DNA of 64,000 nucleotides from Macrostomum lignano (taxonomy: Eukaryota): positions 124,001 through 188,000 of the forward strand of contig NIVC01001221.1 in the NCBI GenBank assembly GCA_002269645.1, in the 5' to 3' direction. The translations under genes and the position numbers were made by a program. Numbering within the stretch: the first letter of the stretch is position 1; the number at the start of each line of letters is the position of its first letter. Positions 26,352 to 39,225 of the stretch are shown in pieces. Under the pieces are notes generated by a model. The model saw only the letters and a program-made list of their open reading frames with translations, had not been told where the DNA came from and made no database searches.

Positions 26352-27030
26352 GGCTAGATTCTCAAGATTGATGTCTATCTTCATGTCTAGATTCTCAAGA
26401 TTGATGTCTATCTTCATGTCTAGATTCTCAAGATTGATGTCTATCTTCATGTCTAGATTCTCAAGATTGATGTCTATCTTCATGTCTAGATTCTCAAGAT
26501 TGATGTCTATCTTCATGTCTAGATTCTCAAGATTGATGTCTATCTTCATGTCTAGATTCTCAAGATTGATGTCTATCTTCATGTCTAGATTCTCAAGATT
26601 GATGTCTATCTTCATGTCTGGATTCTCAAGATTGATGTCTATCTTCATGTCTGGATTCTCAGGATAGATATCTATCTTCATGTCTGGATTCTCAGGATAG
26701 ATATCTATCTTCATGTCTGGATTCTCAGGATAGATATCTATCTTCATGTCTGGATTCTCAGGATAGATATCTATCTTCATGTCTGGATTCTCAGGATAGA
26801 TATCTATCTTCATGTCTGGATTCTCAGGATAGATATCTATCTTCATGTCTGGATTCTCAGGATAGATATCTATCTTCATGTCTGGATTCTCAGGGTAGAT
26901 GTCTATCTTCATGTCTAGATTCTCAGGGTAGATGTCTATCTTCATGTCTAGATTCTCAGGGTAGATGTCTATCTTCATGTCTAGATTCTCAGGGTAGATG
27001 TCTATCTTTATGTGTAGATTCTCAAGGATA
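26352..27030. repeat. 33-bp minisatellite (ctagattctcaagattgatgtctatcttcatgt)
   Basis: About 20 units. It explains ORFs 26298..27038 and 26350..26667. Confidence 0.97.
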
Positions 27031-27954
27031 GACATCAAGGTTCATATCTAATGTACGAGTAGATTATTAAATAGTTTTTCAAGTCTATCTTTCAGTCTAT
27101 GTATAGATATCCTTCCTAGGAAAATTTGCCAATCTAGTAGATTATCTTGAAGAAATTGACGTAGGCAAATTTAAAATAGCACGTTTCTTCTTTGTTTTAA
27201 GTCGCATAATTTGTTTTAATTTTAGCCTGAGAAATATTAGTTCATTGCTGGTCCTGTTCATTTGTTGCCGTTTTTTGTCCCTTTTTCTTAATGCCAGGCA
27301 CTCACCTGCTGCTATGCTCCGGCGCTGATTATTTGCTTTTGTTTGCTTTGCTTTTCCTGTTTCTGCTATAAACTGCTTTTAGTACATTCGTCTGTCTGAC
27401 CGACTTTCTGCACTTTTTAACCTAGTTTTGTGTTTTTTTGTCCACGTGAAGATGGCACAATTTTAAGCAATAATACTCGCTTCTGTCTACTTACTGTAAG
27501 TAAGTAGTATAAGTAGCGCATTCAGTCTATTATTAAGTTCATGGAATTTGCGTGTAATTAGCAAAATACTGTTTTTTTTCTCTCAAATTAGTTCATTTTG
27601 TTGATACAAAACAACTATAAAGTAACTAAATATTCATTTTATCATATAATGAAATTATATAATGCATTATATATGTCTACACCTGCCTGTTGTTTTCACC
27701 TTTCGTAATTTGCGTTTTGTTAATTCGACTCGTAATTATGTTTATTAATATTTATTACTGACGCAAATACAATTTTGAGCAGCTGTAAGCTGGTCTCTAA
27801 TAACTATTGCGCTGCGCAATATTGGGTAGTTGAAATCAGTTTGCGGCTGTCTTGATTGCAGCTTTTAGTTATTTAATTTTTCCTAGCCTGAATTGCACTT
27901 TTACAGTAGGATTTTCTTAGTTTGGCTTGTTGAAAAGGCTGCTGAAAACGGTGG

Positions 27955-28680
27955 GATTGATGAGTGTTTATTGATAGATTGATGAGTGTTTAGTGATAGA
28001 TTGATGAGTGTTTATTGATAGATTGATGAGTGTTTACTGATAGATTGATGAGTTTTTATTGATAGATTGATGAGTGTTTATTGATAGATTGATGAGTGTT
28101 TATTGATTGATTGATGAGTGTTTATTGATAGATTGATGAGTGTTTAGTGATAGATTGATGAGTGTTTATTGATAGATTTATGAGTGTTTATTGATAGATT
28201 GATGAGTGTTTAGTGATAGATTGATGAGTGTTTATTGATAGATTGATGAGTGTTTACTGATAGATTGATGAGTTTTTATTGATAGATTGATGAGTGTTTA
28301 TTGATTGATTGATGAGTGTTTATTGATAGATTGATGAGTGTTTATTGATAGATTGATGAGTGTTTATTGATTGATTGATGAGTGTTTATTGATAGATTGA
28401 TGAGTGTTTATTGATAGATTGATGAGTGTTTATTGATTGATTGATGAGTGTTTATTGTTAGATTGATGAGTGCTTATTGATAGATTGATGAGTGTTTATT
28501 GATAGATTGATGAGTGTTTATTGATAGATTGATGAGTGTTTATTGATAGATTGATGAGTGTTTATTGTTAGTTTGATGAGTGTTTATTGATAGATTGATG
28601 AGTGTTTATTGATAGATTGATGAGTGTTTATTGATAGATTGATGAGTGTTTATTGATTGATTGATGAAATTTTATTGATA
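27955..28680. repeat. 22-bp minisatellite (gattgatgagtgtttattgata)
   Basis: About 33 units just upstream of ACOX3. Confidence 0.97.
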
Positions 28681-28810
28681 TTGATTGATACTTGATAGAT
28701 CGATAACATCAAAACGGGTAAAATGATTAACTCCATCAGGTAGATAAACTAATTAAAGAATTTTGACATCTGAATCGCAGAGCCCAGCTACATTTATTAC
28801 ATCAGCCGCG

Positions 28811-31800
28811 ATGTCTTCAATCGATAGTGATGACCTTCGTCGATGGCTGCCCGACTTTCCATCTGGACCGCTGGAGCCGTTTCGCAGGCGGGCCTCCTTC
28901 GACTGGAGACGGATGGCCCGTCTGCTGTTTGGAGAGGACGGATTGCGGGTTCGGGTGAGACTGCCCGCGGCGATGACAATTCTACTGGACTCTCACCCTT
29001 AGATTCTCTTGGACTCTCACCCTGAGATTCTCTTGGACTCTCACCCCGAGATTATCTTGGGACTATAACCCTTAGATTTTCTTAGACTTTCACCCTTAGA
29101 TTCTCTTGGACTCTCACCCTGGGGTTCTCTCGGACTCTCACCCTGAGATTCTCTCGGACTCTCACCCTGGGATTCTCTTGGACTCTCACCCTGAGGTTCT
29201 CTCGGACTCTCACCCTGGGATTCTCTTGGACTCTCACCCTGAGGTTCTCTTGGACTCTCACCCTGAGATTCTCTTGGACTCTCACCCCGAGATTATCTTG
29301 GGACTATAACCCTGAGATTCTCTTGGGACTAATAACCCTTAGATTTTCTTAGACTCTCACCCTTAGATTCTCTTGGACTCTCACCCTGGGGTTCTCTCGG
29401 ACTCTCACCCTGGGATTCTCTTGGACTCTCACCCTGAGGTTCTCTTGGACTCTCACCCTGAGATTCTCTTGGACTCTCACCCTGAGGTTCTCTTGGACTC
29501 TCACCCTGGGATTCTCTTGGACTGTCACCCTGAGATTCTCTTGGACTCTCACCCTCAGATTCTCTTGGCCTCGCATTCTCTGATTCTCTTGGAACTTTCT
29601 TGTCCTGAGATTATATTCGACTTTAAGATTCTTCTTGTCGATCTTTTTAGACTTTCACCTTTCTAATAGGTTGGCCTCACCCTGAGATACTTGACAGTAG
29701 ACATTAGACTCTTACATTTTCTCTGCAGTTGACAGTGTGGCGCACAATGGAGTCCGACCCCGTGTTCGCGCACAGTCAGCGGCCCCTAGCCCTTCAAGAG
29801 GTGCGCAAGCGAACCTACCTGCAGTGCAAGCGACTATTTGAGTACACTTTTTTGACCGACGAAGATCTGCTGTCCAATCCCCAGCTGTTGAGTCACTTCA
29901 ACCAGGCCGTTCTCATGTACGATAAGTCTCTGCTAGCCAAGTACTCCCTCACTGTCACCATGTTTGGCTCCAGCGTCATGTCTATGGGCAAGAGTCACCA
30001 GGACTATTTTGAGCGAGCAAGGAATTTCGAGCTGTTCGGTTGTTTCGCTCTGACCGAACTGTCGCACGGTAGCAATGCTAGGGCGATGCGAACTGAAGCT
30101 CGATACGATCCTCAGACTAAAGAGTTTGTGCTCAACACTCCCGATTTGGAGGCTATGAAGATTTGGGTTGGTGAGTTTAGTGTAATCGATTTCTAAGAAT
30201 CAGTCACATGCCTACCTACCTAGATAGATAATGACAAACCATTCTTCATCTTAAGACTTCTTGAAATTTAGTTGCAGTTTCGATAGGATCATAAATTTGT
30301 CTCTGTAAGGGTTTTGTAGTGATGTTGCTGATTTCAAATTTGAGCTTCATTTTTTGTAGCTTAAAGCCAACAACCGGGGCATGGGGAATGGAAGGTTTTA
30401 GGGTGGGGAGAATCTTTATGGGGATTCATTTTACGTACCTAAACTTCAATAGAGGCGCATGGAGGTCTATTGTAGATTAGGTTCATAAATTCGGAGACTG
30501 AGGGGGGGTCCTAGGGTGGGAAAAACTATAATCCTATAAAAACTAATTGATACCAGCAGCTGTAGTTACCTTCAGAATGGAGACAACGCAGATTAGTCGA
30601 AATAAGTATAGGTAAACACTAGCAATCAGCGCCCCCCGGTTGGGGAGCCAAAAAATGCAGTACAATTTGTTTTAATAAACTACATGTAGCGTCTCTTTGC
30701 AATATACCTCAGCAGTCCCTATTAAGCCTTGACATGTCAGCAATTTTCCCCACAGGCCTCAACATATCAACTCCCCCCTTGACATCTCAGCGATGCCCTC
30801 CATAAGCCTTGAAATCTTGAAAAATCTCTTCAACTTTCTAACCCTAACCCTAAACATAACCCTAAAGCATTAACATTTCAGTAATTCTCTCCAAGAGTCA
30901 TTATAGCACTACAGCATTATAGCGATTCCCTACAAGCCTCGACATCGTAGGAATTTCCAAATGAATCTTTTAACTTCGACATGACGCTTCTTTTATTTTT
31001 TACATGACGCCTTGTCATGTTTCTAAAATATTTACACTTGAAAGGTATGATTCTAAAAAAAGTTCAATTTTTAAACATACAAGTTTTCAAAACTGCTTCC
31101 GAAGCTCCTGTTACCCCTGAATGTAATTTTTGCAGTTTTTTGCTTTATTATCATTTTGGACAGCCTCTAAGACTGTGGCGCAAATTTCAGAAAAATCAGA
31201 AAATTGGAAGTATTTTACTTACCTAAAGTTCAAGAAGTCCTATTCTTAGTATATAGGACTAGTTGATTTAGCCCCCTTTGGGGGCTAGTTGACTATGTAG
31301 TCGCCAAGCTCCTCCAGGGCCTGCTTTACATGTACACACTGTTATGCCTTCTCCTCAATGAAGGGGATTAGCTCGACAAGCCACAAGAGTAAATTTTCGT
31401 GCACGAGCACCCGCACGGTCTTTGGCGATTAGAGTCTGGCTTCGAGGTTTTATATACTTTCGATACATATCGGTTTTTCAAAATCCCTACTGCTTACTGC
31501 TGTATTGCCCGCAACGCAGGCAACCTGGGCCAGTCAGCTACTCACGCTCTGGTCTATGCTCAACTAATCACGCCCGACGGTTCGAACCACGGACTTCACG
31601 CGTTCGCCGTGCCAGTCAGAAGCCCGAGCACAATGCTGCCCTATCCTGGAGTTATTGTCGGAGATATGGGCGCCAAAATCGGCTTCAACGGAGTCGACAA
31701 CGGATTTGTGGCCTTCAACGGCTATCGCATTGACAAGTCCTGTCTGCTCAACCGGACCGGAGACGTCACGGACTCCGGCGAGTACGTCAGTCCTTATAGG

Positions 31801-34800
31801 GACGCTTCTAAACGTCTAGGCGCTACTCTGGGCGCCCTGAGCGGCGGCAGGGTCGGCATTGTCGGCATGGCAGCCTCCGGTCTGTCCATGGCAACGGTTA
31901 TCGCTATCCGGTACTCGGCCTCTCGGAAGCAGTTCTGCGAAGACGCCTACGACTATGGCGGGTGAGATCTCAGTTGGGATGGTGAGATCTCATTTTGGAG
32001 GTAGAGATCTCAGTTGGGATGGTGAGATCTCATTTTGGAGGTAGAGATCTCTGTTGGGAAGCTGAAATATCATTTTGGTGGTAGAGATCTCAATTGGCAC
32101 GGTAAGATCTCAGTTGAGAGGGTGAGTTCTCAGCTGAGAGGGTGAGATCTCAATTGGGAGGATGAGATCTCAGTTAGGAGTGTGAGATCTCAGTGGGAGT
32201 GTGAGATCTTGCCAATATAAAGTTTTGTTTAAGTTTTTGGATTGCAAGATTTCCAGAGAGTCGTGCCACTTCTTTACTTAAAAAACAAAAAAAACAGAAA
32301 ATCGCAGCGACAGCCCTCCAGCATCTCGTCTTCATCATCAGCCAGCCATGACAACCAGCGGCTCGGCCTGTCGTCCTCATCTTCATCACCGGCTGCTCCT
32401 CAGCAGCCGCAGAATCCGGCAGCCCCAGAGCGGCCAGTCCTGGAGTACTCGATGCAGCAGCAGCGCCTCTTCCCTCACCTGGCCGCTGCCTACGCCTGGA
32501 CCCACATGACCGACTCTCTGTTCGCCGACTACGTCGCGCTGCGCCTGACAGATCCCAAATCCCCGTCTGCGGCCAGCGCCGGTCGGGAGCTGCACGCTCT
32601 GTCCTCGGCGTTGAAGCCGGCCGTGTCGTGGGCCTGCATGTCCGCCCTGCAGGAGGCGAGGGAGGCCTGCGGGGGTCACGGCTATCTGGCTGCGGGACGG
32701 CTGGGACAATTGCGCAACGATTTCGACGCGTCCTGCACCTACGAAGGAGAAAATCACGTGCTGCTGCAGCAGGTGAGGTGGGAATGCCCGGAAGTCAGCC
32801 GCCACCCACTTCCAGTTGTTAAGATTTTCCCATAAATCGATCCCAGTTGGTGATATTTCCAAGAAATCGCTTCCAGTTGGTACAATTTCTAAGAAATCGC
32901 TTCCAGTTGGTTAGATTTTCAAGAAATCGATCCCAGTTGGTTAGATTTCTAAGAAATCGATCCCAGTTGGTGATATTTCCAAGAAATCGCTTCCAGTTGG
33001 TTAGATTTCCAAGAAATCGATCCCAGTTGGTTAGATTTCCAAGAAATCGATCCCAGTTGGTATAATTTTCTAAGAAATCGCTTTCAGTCGGTGAGATTTC
33101 TTAGAAATGTCTTCGTTACTTCCGCTGCGTGGAAGTTTCTAAGAAACCACCTCAATTTGGAAGGATTTCTGAGAAATCGGTTCTTTAATTTGGTGAGATT
33201 TTCCAAGAAATCGCTGATTGTTAGTGATATATATCTGAGCAATTACTTCATTACTTTCGGTCGGTAGGGTTTCTAAGAATTCAATTCAGAATATTAGGAT
33301 TTCTAAGAAATCAGCTCAGATTATTGGGATTTCTAAGAAATCAGCTCAGATTATTGGGGTTTCTAAGAAATCAGGTCAGATTAGTTGGGTTTCTAAGAAA
33401 CCAGCTCAGATTATTGGGATTTCTAAACAATCAGCTCAGATTAGTGGGATTTCTGCGAAGTCGTCTTTTAATTTGGTGGGGTTTCTAAGAAACAGCTTCC
33501 AGTTTCTAAGTGAAGCATTTCCAAGAAATCAACAGATAAATTTCAGAGCATCACTTATCCGCTATACGTAGCTTTCTGAATCTGATGGATCATTTCCAGC
33601 CAGTTCCAGTCAATGCGATTATTTCCAAGAAACACTACATTTCCCCAAAAAAATGCGCGTCAGGCCACGGCTCACCTGCTGTCTCTGGCGTCCAAGCTGA
33701 AGAAGCAGCCAACTTCAAAAGCTGCGACACCGCCTCTGCTGCCGCGGCTGCCGCCTCCCCTCTTGGCAGCTATCGCTATCTGTTCTTCTTGAGCTTTGAG
33801 CAGCAGCAGCAGCAACAGCAGAAGCTCCTGCCCAGCCTTCAGGAGATGCTGGACGGCGAGGGCTTCTCCGCGGACGTCGACGACAGCATCGAAGGCGTCC
33901 CCGCGCTGCTCAGCCTGCTGCACTCGCTGATCGGCAACCTGCTGCTCTGCCCAGAGTCGGCGCCGCTGTCGCCCTGGCGAGCCAAGACCCTCGCCCTCGC
34001 CTACGCCGACGCCGAAGTGCTTCGCCGGTTTCGTCGACTCGCCTTCGGCGTTCCGGCCACCTCGGAGGGTCTGGCCGGGCCGCTGCGGCTGCTGTGGGTT
34101 GTGCACGGCCTGAGCCTGGTACAACGGCATCTGCCGGCCATGTTCGAGGCCGACTGCCGCGATTTTGATGCGGTCCAGTTGGCCAGGTGGCTGCCAGCCT
34201 GTCAGGCTGCCGCGTGCGCCGCTCTGCTGCCCGAGTCGCTGGGTCTGGTTGACGCCATCGCCCCTACCGACTTTGTGCTCAACTCTACTCTGGGAGCGTC
34301 TGATGGGCTGGTGAGATTCTAGAAATGGGATTTGAATTCTTGGATTCTAGAAATGGGATTTGAATTCTAGGATTCTAGAAATGGGATTTGAATTCTGGGA
34401 TTCTAGAAATGGGATTTGAATTCTGGGATTCTAGAAATGGGATTTGAATTCTGGGATTCTAGAAATGGGATTTGAATTCTGGGATTCTAGAAATGGGATT
34501 TGAATTCTGGGACTCTGGAAATAGGATTTGAATTCTGGGATTCTAGAAATGGGATTTGAATTCTGGGACTCTGGAAATGGGATTTGAATTCTGGGACTCT
34601 GGAAATAGGATTTGAATTCTGGGATTCTAGATATGGGATTTGAATTCTGGGATTCGAGAAATGGGATTTGAATTCTGGGATTCGAGAAATGGGATTTGAA
34701 TTCTGGGATTCTAGAAATAGGATTTGAATTCTGGGATTCTAGAAATGGGATTTGAATTCTGGGACTCTGGAAATGGGATTTGAATTCTGGGACTCTGGAA

Positions 34801-37800
34801 ATAGGATTTGAATTCTGGGATTCTAGAAATGGGATTTGAATTCTGGGACTCTGGAAATGGGATTTGAATTCTGGGACTCTGGAAATAGGATTTGAATTCT
34901 GGGATTCTAGATATGGGATTTGAATTCTGGGATTCGAGAAATGGGATTTGAATTCTGGGATTCGAGAAATGGGATTTGAATTCTGGGATTCTAGAAATGG
35001 GATTTGAATTCTGGGATTCTAGAAATGGGATTTGAATTCTGGGACTCTGGAAATAGGATTTGAATTCTGGGATTCTAGAAATGGGATTTGAATTCTGGGA
35101 CTCTGGAAATGGGATTTGAATTCTGGGACTCTGGAAATAGGATTTGAATTCTGGGATTCTAGATATGGGATTTGAATTCTGGGATTCGAGAAATGGGATT
35201 TGAATTCTGGGATTCGAGAAATGGGATTTGAATTCTGGGATTCTAGAAATGGGATTTGAATTCTGAGATTCTAGAAATGGGATTTGAATTCTGGGACTCT
35301 GGAAATGGGATTTGAATTCTGGGACTCTGGAAATAGGATTTGAATTCTGGGATTCTAGATATGGGATTTGAATTCTGGGATTCGAGAAATGGGATTTGAA
35401 TTCTGGGATTCGAGAAATGGGATTTGAATTCTGGGATTCTAGAAATGGGATTTGAATTCTGGGATTCTAGAAATGGGATTTGAATTCTGGGATTCTGGAA
35501 ATGGGATTTGAATTCTGGAATTCTAGATATGGGATTTGAATTCTGGGATTCTAGATATGGGATTTGAATTCTAGGATTCTGGAAATGGGATTTTAATTCT
35601 GAGATTAGGATGTGAATTCCTGAGAGTAAGATTAGAATTCTGAGAGTGAGATTTGAGTTGTGAGAGTGAGATTTGAGTTGTGAGAGTGAGATTTAAATTG
35701 TGAGAGTGAGATTTGAGTTGTGAGAGTGAGATTTAAATTGTTAAAGTGAGATTTGAGTTGTGAGAGTGAGATTTAAATTGTTAAAGTGAGATTTGAATTG
35801 TAAGAGTGAGATTTGAGTTGTGAGAGTGAGATTTGAGTTGTGAGAGTGAGATTTGAGTTGTGAGAGTGAGATTTAAATTGTTAAAGTGAGATTTGAGTTG
35901 TGAGAGTGAGATTTGAGTTGTGAGAGTGAGATTTAAATTGTTAAAGTGAGATTTGAATTGTGAGAGTGAGATTTAAATTGTGAGAGTGAGATTTGAGTTG
36001 TGAGAGTGAGATTTAAATTGTGATAGTGAGATTTGAACTCTGAGAGTGGGATTTGAATTCTGAGAGTGAGATTTGAATTCTGACAGTAAGATTTAAGTTG
36101 TGAGAGTGAGATTTGAACTCTGATAGTGAGATTTGAACTCTGATAGTGAGATTTGAACTCTGATAGTGAGATTTGAACTCTGATAGTGAGCTTTGAATTG
36201 TAAGAGTGAGATTTGAATTCTGAGAGTGAGATTTGAATTGTAAGAGTGAGATTTGAATTATGAGAGTGAGATTTAGATTGTAAAAGTGAGATTTGAATTC
36301 TGAGAGTGAGATTTGAATTGTGAGAGTGAGATTTGAATTGTGAGAGTGAGATTTGAATTATGAGAGTGAGATTTGAATTGTAAGAGTGAGATTTGAGTTG
36401 TGAGAGTGAGATTTGAGTTGTGAGAGTGAGATTTGAATTCTGAGAGTGAGATTTGAATTGTAAGAGTGAGATTTGAGTTGTGAGAGTGAGATTTGAATTG
36501 TGAGAGTGAGATTTAGATTGTAAAAGTGAGATTTGAATTCTGAGAGTGAGATTTGAATTGTGAGAGTGAGATTTGAATTGTGAGAGTGAGATTTGAATTA
36601 TGAGAGTGAGATTTGAATTGTAAGAGTGAGATTTGAGTTGTGAGAGTGAGATTTGAATTGTGAGAGTGAGATTTGAATTATGAGAGTGAGATTTGAATTG
36701 TAAGAGTGAGATTTGAGTTGTAAGAGTGAGATTTGAGTTGTGAGAGTGAGATTTGAATTCTGAGAGTGAGATTTGAATTGTAAGAGTGAGATTTGAGTTG
36801 TGAGAGTGAGATTTGAATTGTGAGAGTGAGATTTGAATTGTGAGAGTGAGATTTGAGTTGTAAGAGTGAGATTTGAGTTGTGAGAGTGAGATTTGAGTTG
36901 TGAGAGTGAGATTTGAATTGTGAGAGTGAGATTTGAATTGTGAGAGTGAGATTTGAGTTGTAAGAGTGAGATTTGAGTTGTGAGAGTGAGATTTGAATTG
37001 TGAGAGTGAGATTTGAATTGTGAGAGTGAGATTTGAATTGTGAGAGTGAGATTTGAATTGTGAGAGTGAGATTTGAATTGTGAGAGTGAGATTTGAGTTG
37101 TGAGAGTGAGAATTCCTCAAGTGGGGATTTGAATTCTGCTTGTGTTATTTCAGTAGCCATTTTCAATTCAAAAAAGGATGATTTTCATAGCTGCCTACTT
37201 GTGAGTAGTTGAGTCTGGTTATTTCTCTAAAGCTTGTCTGCAACGATGTGGCAATTAATTCTTACAAAAACAAACAATTCCATAACTTTGCCTTTCAACT
37301 CAAAACCAGGGCGTGCTAAATTTCTTTTTTGGGAGGCGTATTTAACGCACAAATATTGCGGCGGTTAATCTACAGGCAATCAGTTAATCTGGCTTGTGGG
37401 GGTCTTCCGTCCCAGCCCAGCCCAGATCAGTTTGTATAATCTTTTCTCAACCTAGATTTTCTAGTGTACTCATACTCGGGTTCCCCGGCCCGAGCTCGCC
37501 ATTTTTTCTTTATTAATATATGCGTCATTATATATTCATTATCCCCCTCACTTTATCATCCCCTCCCCTCATTTTATCATTCCCTTCCCCCTCACTTTAT
37601 CATTCCCTTCCCCTCACTTTATCATTCCCTTCCCCTCATTTTATCATTCCCTTCCCTCATTTTATCATTCCCTCTCCCCTCACTTTATCATTCCCTTCCC
37701 CTCACTTTATCATTCCCTCTCCCCGTTTTATTATTCCCTTCCCCTCACTTTATCATTCCCTTTTCCCTCATTTTATCATCCCCTCCCCTCATTTTATCAT

Positions 37801-39225
37801 TCCCTTCCCCTCACTTTATCATTCCCTTCCCCTCACTTTATCCTTCCCTCTCCCCGTTTTATTATTCCCTTCCCCTCACTTTATCATTCCCTTTTCCCTC
37901 ATTTTATCATCCCCTCCCCTCATTTTATCATTCCCTTCCCCTCACTTTATCATTCCCTCTCCCCTCATTTTATCATTCCCTTCCCCTCATTTTATCATTC
38001 CCTCTCCCCTCACTTTATCATTCCCTTCCCCTCACTTTATCATTCCCTCTCCCCGTTTTATTATTCCCTTCCCCTCACTTTATCATTCCCTTTTCCCTCA
38101 TTTTATCATTCCCTTCCCCCTCATTTTATCATCCCCTCCCCTCATTTTATCATTCCCTTCCCCTCATTTTATCATTCCCTCCCCTCATTTTATCATTCCC
38201 TTTTCCCTCATTTTATCATCCCCTCCCCTCACTTTATCATTCCCTTTTCCCTCATTTTATCATCCCCTCCCCTCACTTTATCATCCCCTCCCCTCACTTT
38301 ATCATCCCCTCCCCTCATTTTATCATCCCCTCCCCTCACTTTATCATCCCCTCCCCTCACTTTATCATTCCCTCCCCTCATTTTATCATCCCCTCCCCTC
38401 ACTTTATCATCCCCTCCCCTCACTTTATCATTCCCTTCCCCTCACTTATCATTCCCTCTCCCCTCACTTTATCATCCCCTCCCCTCATTTTATTATTCCC
38501 TTCCCCTCATTTTATCATTCCCTCCCCTCATTTTATCATTCCCTTTTCCCTCATTTTATCATTCCCTTCCCTCATTTTATCATTCCCTTTTCCCTCATTT
38601 TATCATCCCCTCCCCTCACTTTATCATCCCCTCCCCTCACTTTATCATCCCCTCCCCTCACTTTATCATTCCCTTCCCTCATTTTATCATCCCCTCCCCT
38701 CACTTTATCATCCCCTCCGCTCATTTTATCATCCCCTCCCCTCACTTTATCATCCCCTCCCCTCACTTTATCATCCCCTCCCCTCACTTTATCATTCCCT
38801 TCCCTCACTTTATCATTCCCTTCCCCTCACTTATCATTCCCTCTCCCCTCACTTTATCATCCCCTCCCCTCATTTTATTATTCCCTTCCCCTCATTTTAT
38901 CATTCCCTCCCCTCATTTTATCATTCCCTTTTCCCTCATTTTATCATTCCCTCCCCTCATTTTATCATTCCCTTTTCCCTCATTTTATCATTCCCTTTTC
39001 CCTCATTTTATCATCCCCTCCCCTCACTTTATCATCCCCTCCCCTCATTTTATCATTCCCTCTCCCCGTTTTATTATCATCTCCCTTCATTTTCGAATCC
39101 CGCAGATCTATGAGAATATTGTCCAGTCAATGTTCACCGCGCCAGGCGCTTTTGAAAGACCCGAATGGTGGTCAGAGTTCCTGGACAAGCCCAGCATTGG
39201 CGGCAGACCCGTTGCTAGGCTCTGA
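28811..39225 (+). CDS. ACOX3: Peroxisomal acyl-CoA oxidase 3-like (pristanoyl-CoA oxidase). Exons 28811-28954, 29729-30170, 31520-31961, 32298-32772, 33664-34310, 39106-39225; exon 5 is one base short of frame
   Basis: [20 protein letters not shown]; [14 protein letters not shown]; KIWV|[10 protein letters not shown]; [20 protein letters not shown]; LSGGRVGI; [12 protein letters not shown]; [13 protein letters not shown]; [14 protein letters not shown]; last exon IYENIVQ...ERPEWWSEF...PVARL* with PTS1-type ARL. Splice phases are consistent except for one missing base in exon 5. Confidence 0.93.
28985..29590. repeat. 24-bp minisatellite (ggactctcaccctgagattctctt), ACOX3 intron 1
   Basis: About 24 units. 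Confidence 0.95.
31962..32205. repeat. ~20-bp degenerate repeat (gagatctcagttgggatggt), ACOX3 intron 3
   Basis: About 12 units beginning at the donor itself. Confidence 0.85.
32830..33470. repeat. 30-bp repeats (aagaaatcgatcccagttggttagatttcc, then gatttctaagaaatcagctcagattattgg), ACOX3 intron 4
   Basis: Two related sub-arrays sharing a tttctaagaaatc core. Confidence 0.85.
34315..35600. repeat. 28-bp minisatellite (gggattctagaaatgggatttgaattct), ACOX3 intron 5
   Basis: About 45 units starting immediately after the donor gtgagattct. Confidence 0.97.
35640..37110. repeat. 20-bp minisatellite (gagagtgagatttgaattgt)
   Basis: About 73 units, contiguous with the 28-bp array and sharing gatttgaatt. 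Confidence 0.97.
37545..39085. repeat. 20-22-bp pyrimidine-rich minisatellite (tttatcattcccttcccctcat) ending at the last ACOX3 acceptor
   Basis: It explains ORFs 37464..39113 and 37520..39280. Confidence 0.97.

Noticed and set aside
30840-30866. Telomere-like ccctaa motifs
   Set aside because: Only 2-3 imperfect units, compatible with chance.
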